Assembly: GCA_016179105.1 (NCBI GenBank)
Contig: JACOSB010000120.1
Span: 489-64,488 of the forward strand
Length of the DNA: 64,000 nt
Direction: 5' to 3'
Source: Candidatus Acetothermia bacterium
GTDB taxonomy: Bacteria > Bipolaricaulota > Bipolaricaulia > RBG-16-55-9 > DRXL01
Of the stretch, positions 33,564 to 42,631 are shown piece by piece. Within the stretch, counting starts at the first letter, position 1, and each line of letters starts with the position of its first letter. The position numbers and the translations under genes are program-made. The notes beneath the pieces were generated by a model that was given only the letters and a program-made list of their open reading frames with translations, was not told where the DNA came from and made no database searches.

Positions 33564-36491
33564 TTACCAAGTGCGACGTCCACTGCTCGATGACCAACCG
33601 CCGCTCGATCCAGAACTCGAGCCCCAACTCGAACCGCCTCCGCCACTGAATCCGCCAAAGCCAATGCCACCGCCCCCCCCCCAACTGCTCCTTCGGCTGA
33701 CTCCGCTGGAAAGTAAGAGGCCTGCCACGGTCATGGCCGTGCGGGCCATCTCTGCGTTGCGCCGCTGCCGGTAGAACTCTTCTTGCATCTGCTGCGCTTG
33801 GTCGTACGCTGTATTGACGGCATGAGCCGCGGTGCGTTCCGATGCTTCGGCCAACTGTAACGCTTGTTCGTAGTTCCCGACGCGTAGAGCGCTCAAGGCC
33901 GAATTGAGTGCTTGGCGCGCGGGGAATAAATCCGCATTGACTCCGTAGCCAAAGTTTTGCCCCGTGCTGGTCTCGACTTTTCCCTGCGCGTCGCGCACCT
34001 CGTGCATCGCCTTCTCATAGAGTTCAACATCTTTCTTGGCGAGCGAGAGTGCGAGCTCATTCAGCTCAGTCGCACGAATGGCTTTCTTAGTTAGCTCCGC
34101 CCAGTTGGCTTTGCCTTGCTTCAAGCCAGCTTGAATGTCAGAGAAAAATTCATGGGCTTTTTGATAGTCCGAGTTGGCTTCGGCGCGATCTTCGGTATGC
34201 TCATCCAGAAATTTCTTCGTGGCCGCCAATTGGGATTGCAACTGTGGAGAGAGCTGGCTTAGTTTTTGAAAAGTTTCCTGTTCGTGTCGAGCCTGCTCAG
34301 CGATTAAACTCAGCATTTGTGAGAGCCCTTGCAGCTGCTGAAGAAGAGCAGGCCAATCCGGCCGCAGCTCTGATAGTTGTGGCGTCAACTGCTGCAGCTG
34401 GTTTTGTAGCTCACTGAAGCGACCGTCTGTTTCTGACGAGATACTGAAACTGTTCTCTTTGATGAACTGAGCGAGTGGACTAGAGTTTTGCGTGATTTGT
34501 GTGTGCAAAACTTGAGCTTGCTCGCGGGCGTTCTGAAGCTCTTTCAATTTATTGGGAATGGCGTTCAAAAGAGCTTCACACTGTTTCTGAGCTTGGTCGA
34601 CCTGGGTGAGCAACTCCATCGCGCCCAGATACTCTTGACATTTGGGCTCGGCTTTGCTGAGCGCGAGCGCGATGTGTTTTTCGCACTGCTCCAGAGCCTC
34701 TGTCACTTCATTGATATTGTCGCTCTCGGTCTTGAACGAGTCGGGCGCAAAATTCTTTTTGAGTTCATCGAGTGCAGGTGCAGTCTCTTTAGCCAGTTGT
34801 TGTAGCTCGGCTATATGGTCGCGTAAGTTTTCGGCCTCTCCGGGAATTTTTTCTTTGGCCTCAACCGTGTGATCCAGTTTGGTCCCGATGAAGTTTAGTA
34901 ATTGTGTCAGTTCATCGAGCACAGTCGTCGCTTTTTCTTTGTCGGCATTATCGAACGCTTGTCTTAGAGCTTTCAAGCCTTCGGCGGCGTGATCGCACAA
35001 CGGATCGGGCCCGCCCTCTTCTTGGAGTAAAAAGCCCTGGGTGCGCAGAGTTGCAATGCGTGTGCGTAATGCCTCCAGTTGCTTCGCTCGCTCGCGGCTG
35101 TTGGCTTCCACTTGCAGCATAGAAGTCAGCAGCTCGTTGAGTGCTTGCAGGTCTTGTTGAATTTGCGAGGCCTGTTCGCGCGTACTCAACGGATCGGTCT
35201 TGAGGATCTGTTCAGCTTGAGCTAAGCGACTGATGATCGAGGCGCGTTTGTTCTCATATTGTTCGAGAGTCACACTGGCTTCTTTCAAGGCATTGAGCTG
35301 TGACTCGATCTGTGCGCTCAGTTCTTTGGCCTTCGCGACGGCCGGTCCGCTCTGCAAGATCGCGTTCCAGATCTCGTCCAAGCCGGTCTGCGCTTCGGCA
35401 AAATAATTTTCCAGAGAATCCATCAATTGACTGACTTGGGCTTCGAGGGAAAAATTCATCGATGAGAAGAGTTTGACTTTGCCCGCCTTGACTTCATCGG
35501 TCGTCAGTGTGACTTTTTCGTCCGTGAGAGCGATTTCGGCTTGAGAAAATTTGCTTGAACCGATAAATGATTCTGACTTTAGCAAATTCTCGGCCTTAGC
35601 GACTTGCTGAGCCAAAAGTTGCACACCCAGCTGGAGTCGATTGACCAGCTTGCTCGTGCTCTGATAGGACTCAAACGTTCTACCTTTGTAGATCACTTCA
35701 CCGTCGATCTCAAAGAGCAATTTGTATTTTTCATAGAACTCGTTGAGATGGCTCTGAGCGAGCGCGAGACGCTCTTTGGTTTTGGTGAGCAACTCAGCCA
35801 CGCGACGACGAGCGCTGACATTGCGTTGGCGCAAAGCGAGTAATATGCCCGCTAGAAGCAGCGCGATCAGACCAAAGAGTATCCACGGGAGGACCGTCGT
35901 TTGGAAATACTGCCACTCTGCATTTCTGGCTTCAGCGGCTTTCTTTGCTTCTTCGGCGCGCTTGGCTTGCTCGGCTTTGCGCGCGTCTTCGGTCTTAAAA
36001 AATGCTTCGACGCGGGTGATGAGGTTTTTGAGACCGACCTCGTAATCTCCCGACTTGGCATACGGGAGCCAGTCAGAGTCATAGAAGCGATCGAGCAAAC
36101 TTTTCCCGGTGGCTCCATAGCGCGCTTCGAGTCCTCCGGCAAATTTCATCTCGATGACGTGATTTAATCCAAGCGCTAGAATCAAATAGTCTTGCTCGAT
36201 GAAATTCGGACGCTGTGCTTGCCATGCGGCGCTCAGCCGATCGATGTATAGCTCCGAATTGTTCTCGAGAATTTCTTTGACGATGACAACATAAGCTTTA
36301 AGTGAAGATTTCGCGTTGTGCTCGGTCAAAAAATTACTGAGATTCTGATACGCGTTGGGACTGGCATCGATAAAATAGATGAAAGAGTCGCCCAGACTAG
36401 GATAAGGCTGAGCACTGGCAACCCAGCTCAATAGCCAGAGCAGGACAAGACAAATTCCCCAGATTCTCTGAAACGATTTTAGGGCACTCAT
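33564..36491 (-). CDS. TPM (TLP18.3/Psb32/MOLO-1) domain protein with TM helix, ~650-aa coiled-coil region and Gly/Ser/Trp-rich C-terminal tail
   Basis: Signal/TM N-terminus. TPM-like segment YVVIVKEILENNSELYIDRL...HVIEMKFAGGLEARYG. TM helix VLPWILFGLIALLLAGILLAL. Long alpha-helical repeats. C-terminus GGGGGIGFGGFSGGGGSSWGSSSGSSGGWSSSSGRRTW. Confidence 0.6.
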   Translation of the reverse strand: MSALKSFQRIWGICLVLLWLLSWVASAQPYPSLGDSFIYFIDASPNAYQNLSNFLTEHNAKSSLKAYVVIVKEILENNSELYIDRLSAAWQAQRPNFIEQDYLILALGLNHVIEMKFAGGLEARYGATGKSLLDRFYDSDWLPYAKSGDYEVGLKNLITRVEAFFKTEDARKAEQAKRAEEAKKAAEARNAEWQYFQTTVLPWILFGLIALLLAGILLALRQRNVSARRRVAELLTKTKERLALAQSHLNEFYEKYKLLFEIDGEVIYKGRTFESYQSTSKLVNRLQLGVQLLAQQVAKAENLLKSESFIGSSKFSQAEIALTDEKVTLTTDEVKAGKVKLFSSMNFSLEAQVSQLMDSLENYFAEAQTGLDEIWNAILQSGPAVAKAKELSAQIESQLNALKEASVTLEQYENKRASIISRLAQAEQILKTDPLSTREQASQIQQDLQALNELLTSMLQVEANSRERAKQLEALRTRIATLRTQGFLLQEEGGPDPLCDHAAEGLKALRQAFDNADKEKATTVLDELTQLLNFIGTKLDHTVEAKEKIPGEAENLRDHIAELQQLAKETAPALDELKKNFAPDSFKTESDNINEVTEALEQCEKHIALALSKAEPKCQEYLGAMELLTQVDQAQKQCEALLNAIPNKLKELQNAREQAQVLHTQITQNSSPLAQFIKENSFSISSETDGRFSELQNQLQQLTPQLSELRPDWPALLQQLQGLSQMLSLIAEQARHEQETFQKLSQLSPQLQSQLAATKKFLDEHTEDRAEANSDYQKAHEFFSDIQAGLKQGKANWAELTKKAIRATELNELALSLAKKDVELYEKAMHEVRDAQGKVETSTGQNFGYGVNADLFPARQALNSALSALRVGNYEQALQLAEASERTAAHAVNTAYDQAQQMQEEFYRQRRNAEMARTAMTVAGLLLSSGVSRRSSWGGGGGIGFGGFSGGGGSSWGSSSGSSGGWSSSSGRRTW

Positions 36492-36600
36492 TTTCTTAAG
36501 AGTATTTTACACGAAAGAGAAGCCTTTCGGGACAAATAGCGGCTTTAGGCTCAACACACATTTTGTGAGAAACTGAAGAAGTTCTGCTATCGTAGGAGTC

Positions 36601-37161
36601 ATGCGTATTATCGCTGGTAGCCACCAAGGGCGTCCGATTCTCGAACCGACGACGCGCGAGATACGGCCAATGCGTGAGGCTGTGCGCGCCGCGCTCTTCA
36701 GTATTCTCCAAGACGTAGTGGTTGACAGTCGCTTTTTGGATCTCTTTGCCGGCACCGGAAGCGTTGGATTGGAAGCCCTGAGCCGTGGCGCGCACTCCTG
36801 CGACTTCGTCGATAGTGCTTCAGAAGCGATTGCGATTATTCAAAAAAATTTGGAAGCGTTAGAGCTAGAGTCATTAGCACAGGTACATCAACAAGATGCG
36901 CTCAGAGCCATCGAGCATTTTCACGAGAAAAGAGAGCAGTTTGATCTGATCTTTATCGGTCCACCCTATGGAAAAGGCCTCGCGATCCAAGCTTTTGAGA
37001 CGCTCGCAGAGCATCCTCTCTTGAGCGAAGGTGGCCTTGCTATCACGGAAGTTTTCAAGAAAGAAAAACTGGCGGATGCTTATGGAGACTATAAACTCTT
37101 CGAGGCGCGTCAGTACGGGGACAATCTGCTGAAATTTTATCGCACGTCCAATAGGTTTTGA
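36601..37161 (+). CDS. rsmD: 16S rRNA (guanine966-N2)-methyltransferase RsmD
   Basis: MRIIAGSHQGRPIL N-terminus. SAM motif LDLFAGTGSVGLEAL. GPPY motif (IFIGPPYGKG). Confidence 0.75.
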   Translation: MRIIAGSHQGRPILEPTTREIRPMREAVRAALFSILQDVVVDSRFLDLFAGTGSVGLEALSRGAHSCDFVDSASEAIAIIQKNLEALELESLAQVHQQDALRAIEHFHEKREQFDLIFIGPPYGKGLAIQAFETLAEHPLLSEGGLAITEVFKKEKLADAYGDYKLFEARQYGDNLLKFYRTSNRF

Positions 37162-37236
37162 ATCACTGAAAACACGGAAGAAAAACGGGTCGTTTTCCGT
37201 GCATTCTATGGGACTTCAGCGCTTTCCATGATTCTA

Positions 37237-37274
37237 TGTAACATATATTGCATAGATAAGAAATATATGTTACA
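37237..37274. promoter_or_regulatory. perfect 12-bp inverted repeat TGTAACATATAT-n14-ATATATGTTACA upstream of chrB, candidate operator/promoter
   Basis: Seen directly in the sequence, 25 bp before the chrB start. AT-rich, promoter-like. Confidence 0.35.
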
Positions 37275-37298
37275 ATGAGCCCATTTTAGGAGTGAACG

Positions 37299-38279
37299 AT
37301 GGATTGGGTCGTCTTTACATATTCGTTGCCGACGAAGCTGCGCTCGAGCCCGCGCGTCGCGCTCTGGCGCAGGTTAAAACGACTCGGCGCGGTCTCGCTC
37401 GCCGGCGGGATGCAAGTCTTGCCGGCGCAAGACGAGTGCGTCGAAGCGTTCCAATGGCTCGCTCAAGAGATTCGACAAGCCCAGGGAGAAGCGCTCGTGA
37501 TGCGCGTCGAAAAATTTGAAGGGTTGACGGACCAACAGGTGATCAATCTCTTTAATCGGTCACGCCAAGAGGAGTATCACGAGATCGAAGCTCAGCTTGA
37601 GAAATTGGAGAAGATGCTTGTAGTTAAGAATAAGAAAGTGAGGGAAACTTCGGAGGCGCAAGCGATGCTCGATAAGCTCAGGAAGCGTCACGCCGAGGTT
37701 GCTCGTGTGGATTACTTTGATTGCCCTGAAGGAAGCCGTGTCTCAGCACGGTTCATTGAGATTGAACAGGCTCTCTCGCCCAAGTCGACTCCATCAACCA
37801 AGATCGAGTCAGCGCTTCTCGCAGAGTATAGAGACAAGCGCTGGATGACGCGCCCGCGACCCCATGTCGATCGACTCGCGTGCGTCTGGCTCATCCGCCG
37901 GTTTATCGACCCCAACGCTGTGATTCGTTATGCCATGCAACCAGAACCGGACGAGATCGCTTTTGACATCGAAGACGGACACTTCGGGCATCAGGGCAAC
38001 CTCTGCACGTTTGAGATAATGCAGCGCACCTTCAATCTCAAGGATTCGGTTCTGATGAAAATGGCCGAGATTGTGCATGAGATCGACTTGCTTGACGGTC
38101 GTTATTCTCACTCAGAGATAGATGGAATCGATGGCGTGCTCAAGGGCTGGCTCTCGGCCGGATTTTCTGACGCTGAGCTGGAATCGCACGGCGTTGCGTT
38201 GTTCGAGGGATTGTATGCGACGCTCTCCAGTCACTCGGCTTCTGCGCGACAGAAAGAGAAAACGAAGAAGCAAAAGTGA
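37299..38279 (+). CDS. chrB: chromate resistance regulator-like protein ChrB (ChrB N-domain + Chrome_Resist C-domain)
   Basis: N-terminus MDWVVFTYSLPTKLRSSPRVALWRRLKRLGAV... is typical of ChrB_N. The C-terminal VDRLACVWLIRRFIDP motif is shared with the stand-alone ChrB_C ORF at 39938. Confidence 0.65.
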   Translation: MDWVVFTYSLPTKLRSSPRVALWRRLKRLGAVSLAGGMQVLPAQDECVEAFQWLAQEIRQAQGEALVMRVEKFEGLTDQQVINLFNRSRQEEYHEIEAQLEKLEKMLVVKNKKVRETSEAQAMLDKLRKRHAEVARVDYFDCPEGSRVSARFIEIEQALSPKSTPSTKIESALLAEYRDKRWMTRPRPHVDRLACVWLIRRFIDPNAVIRYAMQPEPDEIAFDIEDGHFGHQGNLCTFEIMQRTFNLKDSVLMKMAEIVHEIDLLDGRYSHSEIDGIDGVLKGWLSAGFSDAELESHGVALFEGLYATLSSHSASARQKEKTKKQK

Positions 38280-38325
38280 AGTTCAGTTTTGTAATCCATT
38301 CAAAGTTTCGATCGGGAGGTACAAG

Positions 38326-39999
38326 ATGAAGCGAATAGCTGATAAAGCAACAAAAGTGTTGTCCAAACGTTCGCTAGGGTGGATGGGAATTCTCTTTGCA
38401 GTACTAGCGCTCGCGGGGTGCAGTGGAGGGCAACCTAGCGTGAGGTATCATCCAGATGATCGAACGGCTCAACCTGGCACGAAGCTGCAATGGAATTTTG
38501 ATACAGACTCTGTTGGCGGACTCCCCAAGGACGCTGAGGTTTTTAATGGCACTTGGGCTGTCCGTGTCGAAGCTGATACACCCAGCCCGCCCAATGCTCT
38601 CTGTCAAACCGGCACGGCCGAATTCCCGGCATTAACGTTGGGAGATACTGTGTTCGCTGATCTCGTACTGTCCACTCGTTTCAAGCCTATCTCTGGACAT
38701 GAAGATCAAGCGGCTGGTCTCATCTTCCGTGTGCAGGACAAAGATAACTACTATATCCTGCGCGCGAATGCTTTGGAGAACAACGTCGTCATCTTCAAGT
38801 ATGCGGGTGGCCAGCGTAGCTCGATCAAAGAAGGATCAGCGAAGGTAGCTTCTGGCCAGTGGCAGGAGCTGAAGGTAGAAGTAGCAGGAAACCATATTGA
38901 AGGTTACCTCAACGGCCAGCTCGTGGTGGAAGCTGCCGACGGTACTTACAAGGCTGGGAAAGTAGGCCTCTGGACGAAAGCGGATTCCGTGACCTGCTTT
39001 GACAACGTTGAAGTGCGCGCTGGAACTGGATCTCAGCAGCAGACCAGCATGACTTCCCAACCGCAACCAAGTGCGACCGACTGGTCGCCTGTGGAGCAGG
39101 CAATGGGAAAGCCCGGAGCCATGCAGCCGGGTGATGTCTTTAAGTTCAGCTTACCGCGAAGCGACCTTGTAGTGAAAGTCGGAGAGGTGCAGATCAAGCC
39201 AGCGCTCGCTCTGGGTTCTTGGGTTGCTTTTAAGAAGATGAGTAAAGAAACGGTAGTGATGGGAGATTTTGTGCTGACCGGGGACGAAGTAAGCGTCGTG
39301 ATGACGAGACTCCAGCAAGGCAGCATCGAGCCAACAGCCGTGCATAATCACGTGTTGGGTGAATCGCCGCGAGTGATGTACATGCACATCCATGGTCGCG
39401 GTGATGCAGTAGCGATGGCCGAGACCATTCATGCAGCGCTCGCTCTTACCAAGACCCCTTTTGCTACCTCCGCTAGTAATACTCCGGCGCAGGAGTTAGA
39501 GATGGACACCAAACAACTGGACCAAATCATCGGATATAGCGGCAAGGTCAACAACGGCGTCTATCAATTCAGTATCCCGCGTTCGGAGAAAATCATGGAT
39601 GGCGAGATGGAAATCCCGCCTTCGATGGGCACAGCCACCGCGATCAATTTTCAACCGACGGGTGAGGGCAAAGCAGCAATTACCGGTGATTTTGTGCTAA
39701 TAGCGAATGAAGTCAATCCCGCCATGCGTGCGTTGCGAGAGAATGGTATTGAGGTGACCGCGCTGCATAGTCACATGCTGACAGAGGAGCCTCATCTTTT
39801 CTTCATGCACTTTTGGGCGAACGATGACGCGATAAAACTTGCGCATGGCCTTCGCACTGCGCTCGATAAGACCAATAGCGTCAAGCCGGCTAAAAGTGAG
39901 ATTATCCCAATTTCAACATCAAAGAAGGAGGAAGACAATGAAGTGGATTACACGAGAGAGAGTGAAAGTCGATCGAGTGGCGTGTCCGTGGCTGATTAA
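38326..39999 (+). CDS. lipoprotein with LamG/3-keto-disaccharide-hydrolase-like domain and two DUF1259 (LppY/LpqO-like) repeats
   Basis: Lipobox LALAGC. Duplicated ~150-aa modules (FKFSLPRSDL.../QFSIPRSEK..., HNHVLGESPRVMYMHIHG / LHSHMLTEEPHLFFMHFWA). The start of the ORF-track entry 38122 was trimmed to the signal-peptide Met. Confidence 0.55.
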   Translation: MKRIADKATKVLSKRSLGWMGILFAVLALAGCSGGQPSVRYHPDDRTAQPGTKLQWNFDTDSVGGLPKDAEVFNGTWAVRVEADTPSPPNALCQTGTAEFPALTLGDTVFADLVLSTRFKPISGHEDQAAGLIFRVQDKDNYYILRANALENNVVIFKYAGGQRSSIKEGSAKVASGQWQELKVEVAGNHIEGYLNGQLVVEAADGTYKAGKVGLWTKADSVTCFDNVEVRAGTGSQQQTSMTSQPQPSATDWSPVEQAMGKPGAMQPGDVFKFSLPRSDLVVKVGEVQIKPALALGSWVAFKKMSKETVVMGDFVLTGDEVSVVMTRLQQGSIEPTAVHNHVLGESPRVMYMHIHGRGDAVAMAETIHAALALTKTPFATSASNTPAQELEMDTKQLDQIIGYSGKVNNGVYQFSIPRSEKIMDGEMEIPPSMGTATAINFQPTGEGKAAITGDFVLIANEVNPAMRALRENGIEVTALHSHMLTEEPHLFFMHFWANDDAIKLAHGLRTALDKTNSVKPAKSEIIPISTSKKEEDNEVDYTRESESRSSGVSVAD

Positions 40000-40402
40000 G
40001 AAGTTTGTGGACCCTCAAGCCGAGTTTTACTTTGTTCCGGCCGACAAAGTGCTGGAAGAAGCGAAACGGTTGGGAGCGACTCCGTACGATGTGAAAGATG
40101 TCGAGCTGGGTCATCACGGCAAAGAGTGTTCGTTCGAAGCCATCTTAAAAAAGCATAAGCTGATGAACGACCCAGCACTTGTGTTGCTCGGAAAAATTGT
40201 GAACGGAGCGGACACCGACAACACGCTCTGGAACCAGCCCGAAGGGCCGGGACTTGAAGCGATTGCCGAGGGGTTCCGTCATCTCGGATTCAAGAACGAT
40301 CATGAACAGAACCAGGCTGAGTGGATTGTCTACGATGCGCTGTATGCGTATTGTCAAGAGATGGTTCGTCAGGGTAAGCCGAACGGAGATTTTAAATCGT
40401 AA
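39938..40402 (+). CDS. stand-alone ChrB C-terminal (Chrome_Resist) domain protein
   Basis: MKWITRERVKVDRVACPWLIKKFVDP... is paralogous to the C-terminal half of the gene at 37299. RBS aaggagg. Overlaps the upstream gene 3' end by ~60 nt. Confidence 0.6.
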   Translation: MKWITRERVKVDRVACPWLIKKFVDPQAEFYFVPADKVLEEAKRLGATPYDVKDVELGHHGKECSFEAILKKHKLMNDPALVLLGKIVNGADTDNTLWNQPEGPGLEAIAEGFRHLGFKNDHEQNQAEWIVYDALYAYCQEMVRQGKPNGDFKS

Positions 40403-40418
40403 CCAGCTGGAATTTGGG

Positions 40419-40457
40419 GTAGGGGCGAAGCATTTTCTGAAAATGCTTCGCCCCTAC
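40419..40457. repeat. GTAGGGGCGAAGCATTTT-ctg-AAAATGCTTCGCCCCTAC palindromic element (18-bp stem variant)
   Basis: Sits between the ChrB_C gene and chrA. Shares the GTAGGGGCGA...TCGCCCCTAC termini of the family. Confidence 0.55.
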
Positions 40458-40467
40458 AAGGAACGAT

Positions 40468-41682
40468 ATGGCTGAGATGGTCGAACGCTTAGAACCAACT
40501 CCTCCGCGCGAGCCATACGGGAAACTTTTCTGGCGGTTCTTGCGCTTTGGGATGCTCGCCTGGGGTGGGCCCGTCGCGCAGATCGCGATGATTCGCGAGG
40601 AGCTGGTGGAAGAGGAACGCTGGGTCTCAAGCGAGAAGTTCAACCGAGCATTAGCCTTATATCAAGCCCTTCCTGGCCCCGAAGCCCACGAGCTGTGCGT
40701 CTATTTCGGGATGACCGCACGGAGACGGTTCGGTGGGTTTCTGGCCGGGGCCGGGTTTATGCTGCCCGGCTTTGTGCTGATCTTTCTTCTCTCGTGGCTG
40801 TACGTGCAGTACGGCAGCGCCTTGGCTGCTTTGGCAGGGCTCTTTTATGGGATGCAACCGGCTGTCGCAGCGCTCATCGTTCGTGCTATCCATCGCATCG
40901 GGCAACATGCGCTGACAGATTACTGGCTGTGGGCGATCGCGATCTTGACCGGGATTGCGGATTTACTCGGCACGAGCTTCTGGGTGACGCTCCCGTTTGC
41001 AGGATTGGCTTATCTCTCGGTGAAGAGAGAAAAATATGCTTTCGCCGGGGCTCTGGGCATTGCCTTCATCGCGATTACAATTGCCTTCTCGCCTTTCGTA
41101 CACCTCATCATACCCGCACCAGCGTCTGATCTCTCGCTGCGTTCGAATGCATCTCTGCTGGCTCTCTTCGGCTCCGGGTTGCGCGCGGGGCTCCTCACGT
41201 TTGGCGGAGCCTACACAGCGATTCCGTTGTTGCAGCACGATGCCGTCGACGTGAACCATTGGATGACGAATGCGCAGTTTTTGGATGGGATTGCGCTGGG
41301 AGGGATTCTGCCAGCGCCATTGATTATCTTCGGGACGTTCGTGGGCTACATCGCTGGAGGAGCCTGGGGAGCACTGGTGATGACATTTGGGATCTTTTTG
41401 CCCGCATTTGGCTTCACGCTGATCGGTCATACCTATCTGGAAAAACTCATCGAACACAAAACGCTGCAAATTTTTTTGGATGGGCTCATGGCCGGAGTCG
41501 TCGGACTGATCGCATCGGCGGCGATAACGCTCTTCCGTACGGCGGTCACCGATCTGGTTGCGTTAGGGATTTTTCTGATTGCGCTATTGATCTTGTATCG
41601 CTGGCAAGCGAAAGCGGCTGTGGCTGTAATCATGCTCGCGGCGGGAGCAGCAGGACTCATCTTCCATGTCATGAGCAAATAA
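40468..41682 (+). CDS. chrA: chromate ion transporter ChrA (CHR family, two-domain)
   Basis: Internally duplicated membrane protein (GGPVAQIAMIREELV... / GGAYTAIPLLQHDAVD...) typical of long-chain ChrA. Confidence 0.8.
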   Translation: MAEMVERLEPTPPREPYGKLFWRFLRFGMLAWGGPVAQIAMIREELVEEERWVSSEKFNRALALYQALPGPEAHELCVYFGMTARRRFGGFLAGAGFMLPGFVLIFLLSWLYVQYGSALAALAGLFYGMQPAVAALIVRAIHRIGQHALTDYWLWAIAILTGIADLLGTSFWVTLPFAGLAYLSVKREKYAFAGALGIAFIAITIAFSPFVHLIIPAPASDLSLRSNASLLALFGSGLRAGLLTFGGAYTAIPLLQHDAVDVNHWMTNAQFLDGIALGGILPAPLIIFGTFVGYIAGGAWGALVMTFGIFLPAFGFTLIGHTYLEKLIEHKTLQIFLDGLMAGVVGLIASAAITLFRTAVTDLVALGIFLIALLILYRWQAKAAVAVIMLAAGAAGLIFHVMSK

Positions 41683-41695
41683 CTAAGGAGCAAGC

Positions 41696-42622
41696 ATGGC
41701 TCTCAAACTTTTTGGATATATCGAGCTGCCTTCGCATCAACGACCGGGGGGCTTCGACCACGCAGACGTTCACACAAAAATGGCGCGACTGTACGTTGCT
41801 CACACCGCCAACGATGCGCTGGATGTGATCGACTGTGTGAACGATCGCTATTTGCACTCGATCACGAATTTGGGTGGCGTCGCGGGCGCGCTGGTCTCTG
41901 CCGAGCGTGACTTGGTCTTCACGTCCAATCGCGGCGAGGACACAGTAGGAATTTTTGTTCCGGCCAACGAAGCGAGTTTGGACAAAGTGAAGGTGGGCAT
42001 TCGCCCGAACGGGCTCGCGTACGATCGGACACGGAATCTCTTGCTGGCAGCTAATGTGGGAGACCCAGCCGTGCCAAACTCGTACACGGTCTCGATGGTC
42101 GATGTTCGACGCAAAGTAATGATCGCTGATATCCCAGTACCCGGGCGCACGCGGTGGGCTATCTTCGATGGGGAAACTGATCTCTTCTTCGTGAATATCG
42201 CGGACCCACCACAAATTGTAGCAATCGATCCAGAAAAACCTAAACAGATCGCGCGCACGTTTGAGATCTCTGTAGCTGGGCCTCATGGGCTTGAGTTAGA
42301 TCAAGAGCGCCGACGTCTGTTCTGCGCGTGCGATGGGAAGAAGATAGTCTGTGTTGACGTTCTCTCCGGGCGGATTTCAGAAGAAGCAGACTTGAGCGGC
42401 GTGCCCGACGTTATCTTCTTTAATCACAAACTGAGACACTTGTACGTCGCGATCGGCGACCCCGGCGTGATTGACGTGTTTGATACGCAGACAATGAAAC
42501 GGCTCGCAACGGTGCCGACGGAGAAGGGGGCGCACACGATCGCGATGGACGAAGCGAGAAACAAAGTCTACGCGTTCTTGCCCCAGATGCATCGCGCGGC
42601 AGTGTATGTCGATCGAGACTAA
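41696..42622 (+). CDS. YVTN/YncE-like beta-propeller repeat protein
   Basis: Repeated ~40-aa blades with the LYVA/NxxxxxVxVID pattern. Confidence 0.55.
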   Translation: MALKLFGYIELPSHQRPGGFDHADVHTKMARLYVAHTANDALDVIDCVNDRYLHSITNLGGVAGALVSAERDLVFTSNRGEDTVGIFVPANEASLDKVKVGIRPNGLAYDRTRNLLLAANVGDPAVPNSYTVSMVDVRRKVMIADIPVPGRTRWAIFDGETDLFFVNIADPPQIVAIDPEKPKQIARTFEISVAGPHGLELDQERRRLFCACDGKKIVCVDVLSGRISEEADLSGVPDVIFFNHKLRHLYVAIGDPGVIDVFDTQTMKRLATVPTEKGAHTIAMDEARNKVYAFLPQMHRAAVYVDRD

Positions 42623-42631
42623 AACACCATC

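Noticed and set aside
38122-38325. Upstream in-frame extension of the DUF1259 lipoprotein ORF (MESMACSRAGSRPDF...)
   Set aside because: Arg-rich and non-signal-like. A Met immediately before a canonical lipoprotein signal (LALAGC) lies at 38326.
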